Assembly (NCBI GenBank): GCA_903916325.1
Contig: CAIWWK010000156.1
Location: 1-54,255 of the forward strand
Length of the DNA: 54,255 bases
Origin: Candidatus Firestoneibacteriota bacterium
GTDB taxonomy: Bacteria > Oederibacteriota > D2-FULL-39-29 > CAIOVX01
Reading direction: 5' to 3'
Shown: positions 40,391 through 49,295 of the stretch, piece after piece
How positions within the stretch are numbered: the first letter of the stretch is position 1
Layout of the letters: each line of letters starts with the position of its first letter
The notes under the pieces: model-generated
Database searches by the model: none
What the model saw: only the letters and a program-made list of their open reading frames with translations
What the model was told of the DNA's origin: nothing
Made by a program: the position numbers and the translations under genes

Positions 40391-41539
40391 ATGGAACCAG
40401 CTATTCCAAGAATATTTAACCCTCCGCAAGGCGGATATTTCCTTTTCGGGCCAAGAGGTACAGGGAAAACCACATTGTTGAAACAAAGATACAGCGAGGC
40501 TCTTTGGGTTAACCTTCTGGAGCCGGATCTCTTCCGGCAGTTAAGCGCCAGGCCTGAAAGACTGAAGGAAATGGTAGAAGGGGCCGGAAAGAAAGTGGTT
40601 GTAGTAGATGAGATACAAAAGATCCCGGAGCTGATAGATGTTATTCACAAACTAATTGAAGACAACAAAGACGTTAAATTTATCCTTACAGGTTCAAGCG
40701 CGAGAAAGTTAAAATCGACGGGAGCCGGATTGCTGGGAGGCAGGCTTGCCAAACAGTCATTATACCCGTTTATGGCTTTTGAGCTGGGAGACAAATTCAA
40801 ACTTGAGCAGGTTCTTGAAACGGGGCTTGTGCCGGTTGTTTATTCATCCGCTGACAGGGCTGAATTTCTGAAAGCTTATGCCGCTATGTATGTGAAAGAA
40901 GAGGTTCAGGCTGAAGGTTTGGTGAGAAATATCGGCAGTTTTTCCAGGTTTCTTGAATCCGTAAGTTTCTCGCACGGTTCTGAATTGAATATCAGCAGTG
41001 TTGCCAGGGACTGCCAGGTTGAAAGAAAGACAGTTGAGGGATTTGTTAACATACTCGAAGATCTTTTGATAGCATATCGTATACCGGTTTTTCGGAAGAA
41101 GGCAAAACGGCAGGTTGTGTCGCACCCAAAGTTTTATTTGTTTGACACGGGGCTGTTTCGGGTATTGAGACCTTCCGGCCCGTTGGATGATACCGGAAGC
41201 ATCGAAGGCTGCGCCCTTGAAGGATTGGTTGCCCAGCATCTTATCGCATGGTGTTCTTACGGCGGCGCGCGGAGCAGTGTTTATTACCATGAAACAAAAT
41301 CAGGCAGTGAAGTGGATTTTGTTGTTTACGGTCAGAATTCATTCTTTGCAATTGAAGTAAAGAACAGCCGGAAGGTCCGACAGGAAGATCTGGTGCCTTT
41401 AAGAAACTTTATAGAAGACTATCCCGAGAGTAAAGGCATATTTTTATACAGAGGCAAAGAAAAACTAAAAATATCAAATATCTACTGTGTTCCGGTTGAT
41501 GAATTCCTTAGAACTCTTGAGCCAGGCAAGAACCCATAA
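40391..41539 (+). CDS. AAA+ ATPase of the AAA_14/DUF4143 type
   Basis: It has the Walker A motif GPRGTGKTTL and the Walker B motif VVVVDEIQK, with a C-terminal region typical of DUF4143 proteins. ATG 40391 follows AAGGCAGG. The track start at 40346 lies inside the promoter. Confidence 0.75.
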   Translation: MEPAIPRIFNPPQGGYFLFGPRGTGKTTLLKQRYSEALWVNLLEPDLFRQLSARPERLKEMVEGAGKKVVVVDEIQKIPELIDVIHKLIEDNKDVKFILTGSSARKLKSTGAGLLGGRLAKQSLYPFMAFELGDKFKLEQVLETGLVPVVYSSADRAEFLKAYAAMYVKEEVQAEGLVRNIGSFSRFLESVSFSHGSELNISSVARDCQVERKTVEGFVNILEDLLIAYRIPVFRKKAKRQVVSHPKFYLFDTGLFRVLRPSGPLDDTGSIEGCALEGLVAQHLIAWCSYGGARSSVYYHETKSGSEVDFVVYGQNSFFAIEVKNSRKVRQEDLVPLRNFIEDYPESKGIFLYRGKEKLKISNIYCVPVDEFLRTLEPGKNP

Positions 41540-41545
41540 ACAATA

Positions 41546-41578
41546 AAATACTGCGGCCTGAAGGCCGAGAGTATTTCA
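41546..41578 (+). terminator. Hairpin terminator candidate after the ATPase
   Basis: AAATACTGCGGCC-TGAA-GGCCGAGAGTATTT (bulged stem of about 12 bp) followed by TTTC. Confidence 0.5.
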
Positions 41579-41727
41579 TAATGTGAGTAATCTCTTTCTG
41601 TAGTATCCGGGGGATGTCGCCATTAACCGAGGCCCAATGCCAACAAAATGTCAGCGTGAAGAGTCTGGTACTGTTTCAGCTTTATGACGCTGATATTCCA
41701 GATGACCTTGGAAACGGAGAATAGATA

Positions 41728-43200
41728 ATGAAAAGATATGTTTTAAGGGTGTTTCTCTTTCTTACGGCGCTGTTTGTATTTGTTGCCGCCGCTTCTGCGG
41801 GCTCGGTTTACTTCGTTTCAACCTCAGGCAGTGACAGAACCGGCGATGGTTCAGAGTCGCGGCCGTTCGCCTCTATTATGAAAGCTGTTCTGGCGGTGCC
41901 GGATGACGGCTCCCGTATTCTCGTGGAACCCGGGACCTACAAAGGGACCTGCAGTATTGCCCGAGCCTTCAAGAACAGGCTTTTTGTAGAATCCAAAGAA
42001 CCTTACCGCGCCAGGCTCGTCAACCTCCCCGGCGGGATCGTTAAGGTATTATATATCGCCGGAAGCAATATCACTCTAAGCGGGTTTGAAATAACAAACG
42101 AAGGGGAGATCCCTCCGGATTATTCTTCGAAAAACGAGTACCTGGTCCAGATTACGGGGCCCGCGGCGGATATTACCGTCAATGACTGTATCCTCCACGA
42201 CAACTTTATTAATGATATGGTCAAGATAAACTCCGGCGCGGAACGGATATTGTTCAGCGGGAATGTGTGCTACAACCAGGGCAGAGACTTGCAGTATAAA
42301 AAGCCGAAAGGTTTTCAGCATATGGATATTAACACGGTAAGTTATGTTACAGTGCAGGATTGCATTTTCTTTAACAATTACAGGGACAACCGCTCAAAGA
42401 CCTGCAACGGCTCCTTCATAGTCTGCAAAAACTCGGAAAAAACTTTCCACACGCACGATAATCTTTTTCAGCGCAATATATTCTTGAATTGGCAGGGCCC
42501 GTCCGACCAGGCTATGCTGTTGTTCGGCGAGGACACTCACGCCATGATTTACGGCCTCGTGAACGGCACGGCCCAGAACAACCTTTTCATTATGAATGAC
42601 ACGGGTTTGGGCGGAAGCGGAGCTTTCACCGTGAAAGGCTGCAAGGACATTATCTTCCGCGCCAATACGGTCGTGGGAAACGCCTTCAACGGCAGGACCT
42701 GGCCGTTTGCGTTCAGGGTATGCACAGAAAAAGGCGAACTGACGGTGGACGGGGTGGGGTTCTTCAATAATGTATTTGCCAGCACGGACGGCAGGATGAC
42801 CAAATTCAACTTTGGTGATGACGCGCAATCCGAAAATGTCTCCTATGACGCAAACTGCTACTGGAACAACGGCAAAGCTATACCGGTTGATCCCGGTTCC
42901 AATGTCCATTTTAAAGCCGTGTCGGTTGACGCGCGCGCGGTAACTTCAGACCCTATGCTTCCCAAGCCGGGCGCTCCGCCTGTTCTGCCTGAATGGGACA
43001 GCGCGAAGCTAAAGTTCGCTTCAGGCGCCGGCACAATAAGGGAAGAGTTTGTGCGTCTCGTAAACGGATACGGGAAGGTACCTCAAGGCAGCGGGCTTGC
43101 CGGCAAAGCCGTAAGAAATAATATGCCCGAAGACGACATCCTCGGAAAAAAGCGGAAAGCTGCTCCGGATATCGGCTGTTTTGAACTTGAGGCGAATTAA
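41728..43200 (+). CDS. Secreted right-handed parallel beta-helix protein (pectate-lyase-fold / DUF1565-like)
   Basis: It has a signal peptide, then VYFVSTSGSDRTGDGSESRPFASIMKAV. Repeated PbH1-like rungs follow (VNDCILHDN, VQDCIFFNN, FQRNIFLN, QNNLFIMN, FRANTVVGN, FFNNVFAS). It ends in ...APDIGCFE. Confidence 0.7.
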   Translation: MKRYVLRVFLFLTALFVFVAAASAGSVYFVSTSGSDRTGDGSESRPFASIMKAVLAVPDDGSRILVEPGTYKGTCSIARAFKNRLFVESKEPYRARLVNLPGGIVKVLYIAGSNITLSGFEITNEGEIPPDYSSKNEYLVQITGPAADITVNDCILHDNFINDMVKINSGAERILFSGNVCYNQGRDLQYKKPKGFQHMDINTVSYVTVQDCIFFNNYRDNRSKTCNGSFIVCKNSEKTFHTHDNLFQRNIFLNWQGPSDQAMLLFGEDTHAMIYGLVNGTAQNNLFIMNDTGLGGSGAFTVKGCKDIIFRANTVVGNAFNGRTWPFAFRVCTEKGELTVDGVGFFNNVFASTDGRMTKFNFGDDAQSENVSYDANCYWNNGKAIPVDPGSNVHFKAVSVDARAVTSDPMLPKPGAPPVLPEWDSAKLKFASGAGTIREEFVRLVNGYGKVPQGSGLAGKAVRNNMPEDDILGKKRKAAPDIGCFELEAN

Positions 43201-43293
43201 CCCCGCCGAGTCAACCTGCGGAAGCTATATCCTAATAGTTGCGCCACTCCTGTCTCAGATAAATGAAAGAAAGCCGCAGCCGGTATTATTGTC

Positions 43294-43322
43294 TTGCGAA
43301 CTTCCGCTCCAAATAATATAAT
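43294..43322 (+). promoter_or_regulatory. Sigma70-like promoter for the 43355-48270 gene pair
   Basis: TTGCGA (43294-43299), 17 nt, TATAAT (43317-43322). Confidence 0.6.
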
Positions 43323-43354
43323 TTAAAGGTTGCTATTCCTATAACGGGGGACGA

Positions 43355-44809
43355 ATGAAAAGAATCCTAATCCCGATACTGCTCCTGACTGCCGCTTCAT
43401 TTGCTTTTGCCCAAACACTGCCTGAAATTGTCGAGAAAGGAAAGGCAAAATATGAAGACCTGATAGTAGATGTCGGAAGTTTTGATGTTTTTTACGCGGT
43501 CGCGAAAGAAATTGGGAACCAGGTCTTAACTTTATCGAGAGACAATAAATATGAAGAAATCATTGAAGTTTTCGCGAAAGATGCGAATATGCAAATAGCC
43601 GAATATTGCGCGGGAAAAAAGAGCAGAGCGCAGGTTACTGATAAGGAAGCCTTAACTTCAACCGTGTACACCAGGTTTGTAAAAATATATAAAGGGGACG
43701 AGGAATATTTGTTCCCGGCTCCGAGCGATAAAGAGCAAAGAGTGGAACTTGAATTAATATGGTTGTGGTGGAAAAAGATTGGCCCCGGCTCACAACTGCA
43801 GGGAACGGTTAAGGTGGACGGCTTGGAGTGCTACAAAATACTTGTTAATCCGGTCAACGAATACTATTTTTATATCGATAAAGGGACGTTCAATATCAAA
43901 AAAATGGAAAGAAAGGATAAGGCCTTATACCTGAAAAGCGACAAAGCCGCGCAAGAAACGATAATTTTCGGAGCATTTTATCCAATGAGGAAGCAGGGTG
44001 ACAAGGGCGCTGTTTTCCGGTCAAGGAAGGAAGCAGAGGAAGCTTTCAAGCAGAAGTCTTGCTTTCCTAATACTTTCAGGAGAAAAGTGTTTAATGACAA
44101 GACTTCTGCCGTGCAGGAGACTCCATATATGATGTTTCCCGCGGAAATTGCAAACGTAAAACATGAAGCTCTGGATGAAACTGTGTTTGACAAAACGCGT
44201 TGGGAGTCATTTAAACAGGGTTCTTTCTCAAAATTCATTGAAGATGTAAATAATGAAGGCAAGTTGCCTGCCCCGATAGAAATAGACAAAGCAAAAGAAT
44301 TAGTCCAGATATATGTTAATCTGACAGAATTCAAAAAAGAAACCCAAACATTTCCGGAAAGGACAATTAATAGCGGCGGGCGCACCATAACAATTAAATA
44401 CGCCAATAGAGATAATTATTCCTGCAAGACGGAAAGCGAAGGGATAACCCCCACAGTCAAAATCGGCAAGGATTCGCTGAGTATGATTTTCGGCCAGGAA
44501 GTTAAGGTGGAAAGGATAGTATTGCAGGGAACCGGTTTGTATGAGACAAATATATACGGGGCAAAAATGTCAGATACAAACACTTTCGCAAACTTTGAAC
44601 TTGCCTATGTTAATATTCGTAATGAATCAAAATCCTTCAGAAAATACGAAAATAATTCAAGCCGGTCTATGGAGTTAAAAGAGAGTTTCAAAGCAACAGC
44701 GATAAGTTTTAATTCCCTGCCTGCCAAGTCCGCTTTTGACAAAAACTATGGTTTGCCTATGGAGTTTATCGTAAGAATCGCGATTTGGGGCAAGGCGGCT
44801 TCCAGGTGA
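43355..44809 (+). CDS. Secreted hypothetical protein (LolA-like segment plus C-terminal beta-sandwich-like segment)
   Basis: 484 aa with the signal peptide MKRILIPILLLTAASFAFAQ. The segment WWKKIGPGSQLQGTVKVDGLECYKILV is paralogous to WWWQFGTEFKIVGTDKFLDYECYVITG in the next gene. The fold assignments are guesses. Confidence 0.6.
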   Translation: MKRILIPILLLTAASFAFAQTLPEIVEKGKAKYEDLIVDVGSFDVFYAVAKEIGNQVLTLSRDNKYEEIIEVFAKDANMQIAEYCAGKKSRAQVTDKEALTSTVYTRFVKIYKGDEEYLFPAPSDKEQRVELELIWLWWKKIGPGSQLQGTVKVDGLECYKILVNPVNEYYFYIDKGTFNIKKMERKDKALYLKSDKAAQETIIFGAFYPMRKQGDKGAVFRSRKEAEEAFKQKSCFPNTFRRKVFNDKTSAVQETPYMMFPAEIANVKHEALDETVFDKTRWESFKQGSFSKFIEDVNNEGKLPAPIEIDKAKELVQIYVNLTEFKKETQTFPERTINSGGRTITIKYANRDNYSCKTESEGITPTVKIGKDSLSMIFGQEVKVERIVLQGTGLYETNIYGAKMSDTNTFANFELAYVNIRNESKSFRKYENNSSRSMELKESFKATAISFNSLPAKSAFDKNYGLPMEFIVRIAIWGKAASR

Positions 44810-44811
44810 AA

Positions 44812-47800
44812 ATGAACAGAAGGCATACAAAAACATCGGGTTTTCGTTTTCATTTTATTCTTCTGTTGTTTTTGTGTGTGTTGCAGACGGGCGCATTATG
44901 GGCCGCCCGGCCGATAGATGCGATCTTTATTCCGGTCAAAGACAAACCTTCCACGCTGGAGACCCCATTTTACGATGGCTATATGAAAGTAAAGATATCA
45001 AACTTGTTCGGATTGGATGTTAAATATTCCCGTTCGGTGAAAGTCTCAAACCTTATTCTGGAATGGGACAGCGGAGCAATAACTCAGCCTGTCAATCTTG
45101 AATTTAGTTGTTTTGACAGTCTGGGAACGGAGACTTTGATGAAGGCGGCAATCCCTGCCAATAGCACTATTTTTACAATAGAAATAAACAGGGAAGCTTT
45201 GAACCTCAAGATGCGCGATAACGTCTCTTCCGGTGCGGCCGGCTATAGCCGTATAAAAAATGGGCTTAAAGCCGTAAAGGTTTCGGCGACTCTCATTGAG
45301 CCTGAAGTCCCGGCAGGAATGTTGCCTGCATCGGCTGTTTCCCCGGCTGCGGTCTCGGCGCCGGGAAACATAGACCGCAATTTCAGAATCTCGCTTCAGC
45401 GGCCGTTGAAGCAGGCCTGCGCTGTTCTTCTTGACAGAGAGGTGACCGTTACCTGTCAGGAGAAATACGATGAAAGGAAATATATATTCTCGGAAAAAGT
45501 CTTGATATCTAAAATAATAATGTTTTTCCCGGGAATATTAACGAGGTCACCGTACGGCGGTTTAATGTCATCAAACGGCTGTAACGTGATAGTATCCTGT
45601 TCAAATGATTCCGGCAATCTCAAGGAGAAGGAAACTTTTTCGGTAGACGGGAAAACGTCTTTAACTGTTTCCCTTGAACAGGTGACTGACTGTATTGTGC
45701 TAAGGGATAAACCGGAGTTTGATAAAGACGGAAAGCGGTTCCCGCCGCAGGGCTTGAAATGCTTGTCCGAAGGACGGATTGTGTTTCAAGGTTCAGTTAA
45801 GCCTCTGGAACTTAATTCCACAGCGGTGACGTCGGGTAAGGTGAAAAACGCGTTGAACCTAAGCAAGCAGGAATCGGACGCCTTCATTGAGAGAGTGAAA
45901 AAGAAAGCGATTCTGACAAAAGACGATTCATTCTTTGAAATAAGATGCGAGTCCTATCCTCGGAACAGAAAGTTCTACGAAGGCCGTATCTATAGGATGG
46001 CGAAGGACCTTGACTGCGGATACTACTACTGCAAAGATTTAGTTGTTACATTTGTTAATGGCAGAGAATCTCCGATCTTTCCCGGCTCAGTAGATATAGA
46101 AAAGGGGCTGGCTTCGGTTTCGGATGAGTTGAAGAATTCGGGATGGGACAAGCTCGGAAATATTTCAGGCCCGGAATTGGCTGGCTGGTGGTGGCAGTTT
46201 GGGACAGAGTTTAAGATTGTAGGAACAGATAAATTCCTTGATTATGAGTGCTATGTGATTACCGGCAAAGGATTGAAGGACGCCGGTGTGGAAGTCTGGG
46301 TGGAAAAAGAGAGCGGAAAATTAAGGAAGCTGATAAGGCAGGTTGTCACAAAAGGCGCTTTTCAAACGGGACTGCAGGCAACCGAGTACTATAACTACTT
46401 TTCAGGAAAGAACGGTTTTGAGTTTCCAGGATTGGTGCAATACAACAGCGGACTGAAAATCTGGTGCTGGCCGGAAAAAAAAGCTTCGCTGGCTGATATT
46501 GGTTTTTCAGGCAGGGAATCTGACTCTCCGGTAAAAACGCGCGCAATCAACAGGAAAAACGAACTCTACCAAAAGGAAGAGCAGGAACGGGAAGAACGCG
46601 CGGACGATAACGCGCGCGATACCAGGTATAACACAAGAAGTCTTTCTCTTTCCCGGTACGTGGACCCGCTTACGGGGATCTGGTTTTTTATTCCGGAAGG
46701 TTTTAAAAACAAAGGCAACTACAGCAATTGTTTTGAATATACCGGCGAGACGAAGCAGAACGGCGCGAAGACCGGAGGAACAAAAGTCTCGGATTCGGGC
46801 GCCGCCTCAAAGAAAGGCGTCAAAGACCATTTGATAATCACAAAGTTCTATTCAACAAAGGATTTTGAAGCGCTTGCTGCCCAGATCAAGCAGGAAAACG
46901 AGAAGAAGAATCCTGAGACAACCATAAAGTATTCCGAAAAGAGGCAGATAAAGGAGCATGAAGCGATAATACTGGATATTGCAGGCCCTGACGACTACGG
47001 GATAAGCTCAAAGACAAAAGAATTATTCGTCCGGAAAGGCAATGCCGTAATAGATATAGAGCTGGTTTATTACAAAATGAGCGACGAAACAGCCGGCAAG
47101 ATAATTGACAAAATAATTGAGAAGCTGCAATTCGGCGAGTCGAGTATAATAGCCCATTCTTTTGGAAGCGCCCGGCTTGGCGAGCTGGCGGAATTAATGG
47201 GGGACAATAAGGACAAAGAAGCCCTGGAAATGATAAATTCGGAACTAAAGAAAAACCCCCGGGATGGCGAGCTGCTTTACAACGAAGGAGTCCTGCTCGG
47301 GAAGCAGGGCGATAAAGCGGAAGCGTCACGGCTTATAAAGGCGGCTTTTGAGAACGGTTACTGTGATTTTTCCGGCCTTTTTGAAACAAAGGAAGGAAAG
47401 AGGATGGTCGACGACGCTGTCGCGCAGGAAGTGATGAAGGATCGGGCAAAGTATTATGGGCAAGGGCGCAAAGTCCTGCTGGAGAAAATAAAGAAAGAAC
47501 TGGCCAGCTATTATGAAGTCAAGATGAAAGAAAGCAATATAATTATGTACACCGACATAAGAGATAACGGCATACTTGACATAATAAATGAAGCCTTAAA
47601 GACCACCGGAGAATTAGCCAGGAACAACATAAAGGCGGCAAATACCCCGTATCCGGTAATTTGGGTCTTGTCCAATAAGAACGAAGTGAACGAGGCTATG
47701 ATCGGAAGCCTGACCGGCAGCAGCGGCTACTTCAGCGGCTTGTTTGTCCCCGCGTACGGGATGCTCTTTACCGACGCGGACAGCGGGTTTGGAACGGTTG

Positions 47801-48270
47801 TGCACGAATATATGCACGCCATACACAGGGCGGACTCCGCCGAAAGCTTTGAAAAGCACCCCCGCTGGCTTTCTGAAATGCTCAGCACTTCTGTGGAAGA
47901 ACTGGAATGGAACGAAGCAAAGCAGAAGCCGGAAATTAAATATTTCTCGGGTAGATATCCCGGGCTGCTGGACGCTATTATTTACGACGATGTCCTGCCG
48001 ATTGAAAAGCTCGTCAGCATGACCGACAAGGACCTTATGTCGGACAAGAATATAGATGTTTTTTACGCCACGGTGCGCTATCTTGGCCTTTATCTTTCGG
48101 CAAACAATCTCACCGCGAAATTCTACGAAGAGTATAAGAAAGACTACCGGGAAGACGCAACGGGTAGATTGGCGCTTGAAAAAGTCCTAAACACGAACCT
48201 GAAAGACTTTCAAAGTGTATGGGAAAATTGGGCTGTTACAACGCCTTTAATAAAATTAACTAAGAAGTAA
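44812..48270 (+). CDS. Large secreted multidomain protein with C-terminal HExxH (DUF1570-like peptidase MA) domain
   Basis: 1152 aa from ATG 44812, which lies 2 nt after the previous stop. It has a signal-like N-terminus FHFILLLFLCVLQTGALWA. It has a TPR-like stretch, then VVHEYMHAIH (47803-47817 encodes HEYMH), followed by PRWLSEMLSTSVE. Confidence 0.7.
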   Translation: MNRRHTKTSGFRFHFILLLFLCVLQTGALWAARPIDAIFIPVKDKPSTLETPFYDGYMKVKISNLFGLDVKYSRSVKVSNLILEWDSGAITQPVNLEFSCFDSLGTETLMKAAIPANSTIFTIEINREALNLKMRDNVSSGAAGYSRIKNGLKAVKVSATLIEPEVPAGMLPASAVSPAAVSAPGNIDRNFRISLQRPLKQACAVLLDREVTVTCQEKYDERKYIFSEKVLISKIIMFFPGILTRSPYGGLMSSNGCNVIVSCSNDSGNLKEKETFSVDGKTSLTVSLEQVTDCIVLRDKPEFDKDGKRFPPQGLKCLSEGRIVFQGSVKPLELNSTAVTSGKVKNALNLSKQESDAFIERVKKKAILTKDDSFFEIRCESYPRNRKFYEGRIYRMAKDLDCGYYYCKDLVVTFVNGRESPIFPGSVDIEKGLASVSDELKNSGWDKLGNISGPELAGWWWQFGTEFKIVGTDKFLDYECYVITGKGLKDAGVEVWVEKESGKLRKLIRQVVTKGAFQTGLQATEYYNYFSGKNGFEFPGLVQYNSGLKIWCWPEKKASLADIGFSGRESDSPVKTRAINRKNELYQKEEQEREERADDNARDTRYNTRSLSLSRYVDPLTGIWFFIPEGFKNKGNYSNCFEYTGETKQNGAKTGGTKVSDSGAASKKGVKDHLIITKFYSTKDFEALAAQIKQENEKKNPETTIKYSEKRQIKEHEAIILDIAGPDDYGISSKTKELFVRKGNAVIDIELVYYKMSDETAGKIIDKIIEKLQFGESSIIAHSFGSARLGELAELMGDNKDKEALEMINSELKKNPRDGELLYNEGVLLGKQGDKAEASRLIKAAFENGYCDFSGLFETKEGKRMVDDAVAQEVMKDRAKYYGQGRKVLLEKIKKELASYYEVKMKESNIIMYTDIRDNGILDIINEALKTTGELARNNIKAANTPYPVIWVLSNKNEVNEAMIGSLTGSSGYFSGLFVPAYGMLFTDADSGFGTVVHEYMHAIHRADSAESFEKHPRWLSEMLSTSVEELEWNEAKQKPEIKYFSGRYPGLLDAIIYDDVLPIEKLVSMTDKDLMSDKNIDVFYATVRYLGLYLSANNLTAKFYEEYKKDYREDATGRLALEKVLNTNLKDFQSVWENWAVTTPLIKLTKK

Positions 48271-48352
48271 AGCCAGAAGTTCGGAAGATTAGAGGATATG
48301 GGGGCTACATTCTTATGAGCCCGAGCCTCTGAACATCTGAGCATCAGGCCTC
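48271..48352. repeat. Imperfect inverted repeat of the GAAGTTCGGAAG..AGAGG family
   Basis: CAGAAGTTCGGAAGATTAGAGG ... CCTCTGAACATCTGAGCATC is related to 25727-25755. Confidence 0.45.
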
Positions 48353-48403
48353 AAATACATGGGATAGAGACTATTTTGCATCTTAGGAGGGAACAAGAGG
48401 GGC

Positions 48404-48432
48404 TTGATGTTAATGCGCTAATAGTATATAAT
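48404..48432 (+). promoter_or_regulatory. Sigma70-like promoter for the vapBC-like pair
   Basis: TTGATG (48404-48409), 17 nt, TATAAT (48427-48432). Confidence 0.55.
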
Positions 48433-48473
48433 GACAGCATAGGTGTTATAGCACGGGAAGGGAGACAGCCAAT

Positions 48474-48731
48474 ATGAAGAAGATAAAGACTATGGTGTAT
48501 ATAAATGCTGATTATAAAAAGCGTGCCCTTGCGTTAAGAAGTATTGCCCATAAAAGTATGAGCTCCTTGGTGGACGAAGGGCTGGAAGCTGTCTTTATGA
48601 AATACACTAACACGCCTAAAACCATAAAGGAAGCGGTCGCTTCCACATACGGAGCAAGTAACACAATAGAATTCAAACGCGATGAATTCAACAAGGATTT
48701 TGAAAAACGCGAAAAAAGAAGAGGTAAATAA
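48474..48731 (+). CDS. Antitoxin, ribbon-helix-helix-like
   Basis: 85 aa. The N-terminal part MVYINADYKKRALALRSIAHKSMSSLVDEGLEAV fits a strand-helix-helix pattern. The tail is basic. The TAATG overlap links it to the downstream PIN gene. Confidence 0.6.
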   Translation: MKKIKTMVYINADYKKRALALRSIAHKSMSSLVDEGLEAVFMKYTNTPKTIKEAVASTYGASNTIEFKRDEFNKDFEKREKRRGK

Positions 48732-49138
48732 TGGAAGCTCGCTCGAAAGCAGGCCCTGAGAAACAAAAATATCTTATAGACAGCGATGTTCTAATTAATC
48801 ATATTCATAAGAAAAGAGATACATTGGTGAAACTTATTGAGAAAGATAATATAGAGGTGTCCGCAAGCGTGCTGAATAAGATAGAGTTGTACCGGGGCGC
48901 GAGGAATGAAAAGGATAAAGTTATAATAGACGATCTTTTACGGTATTTCTTTATTTACGAAGTAGAAGAGCTGATAGCTGACAAAGTTTATGAGTTATGC
49001 TCAATAAACAAGCTGGGCTCTTTAGGGCCTATGGATTTGATGATTGCGGCCACCTGTTTAGTAAATAATTTGGTTTTAGTCACACATAATCTGAAACATT
49101 TCAGCCCGGTTCCGGAGCTAAAGATTTACAAGGAGTAA
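48731..49138 (+). CDS. vapC: PIN-domain toxin (VapC-like)
   Basis: 135 aa. It has YLIDSDVLINH (first acidic residue) and MDLMIAATCLVNNLVLVTHNLKHF (distal Asp context), typical of VapC. Confidence 0.75.
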   Translation: MEARSKAGPEKQKYLIDSDVLINHIHKKRDTLVKLIEKDNIEVSASVLNKIELYRGARNEKDKVIIDDLLRYFFIYEVEELIADKVYELCSINKLGSLGPMDLMIAATCLVNNLVLVTHNLKHFSPVPELKIYKE

Positions 49139-49200
49139 AGAGGATAAACAAAGGCGGCATGTCAAAGCCAGGTGTAACTGCGATGCTTCTGGAAAAACCC

Positions 49201-49235
49201 TTGCCCCCTCCCCTTATGATGAATGGGAGGGGGCA
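49201..49235. repeat. Perfect 12-bp-stem hairpin TTGCCCCCTCCC-CTTATGATGAAT-GGGAGGGGGCAA
   Basis: The reverse complement of the left arm equals the right arm exactly. It shares a core with 16187-16214. Confidence 0.85.
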
Positions 49236-49249
49236 ATTAGGTAAAACAA

Positions 49250-49295
49250 AGAGATTACACGGTTTAGCTGCTTTAATCCGCGTAATCTCTTTTTC
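49250..49295. terminator. Bidirectional terminator candidate between vapC and the convergent phosphohexomutase gene
   Basis: AGAGATTAC ... GTAATCTCT form a 9-bp stem. It is flanked by AAAACAA on the left and TTTTTC on the right. Confidence 0.55.

Noticed and set aside
44785-44811. The track start of the large secreted protein (MGQGGFQVK...) overlapping the previous gene.
   Set aside because: ATG 44812 lies 2 nt after the upstream stop with AGGTGA as its RBS. It yields a basic N-terminus followed by a hydrophobic signal-like segment.
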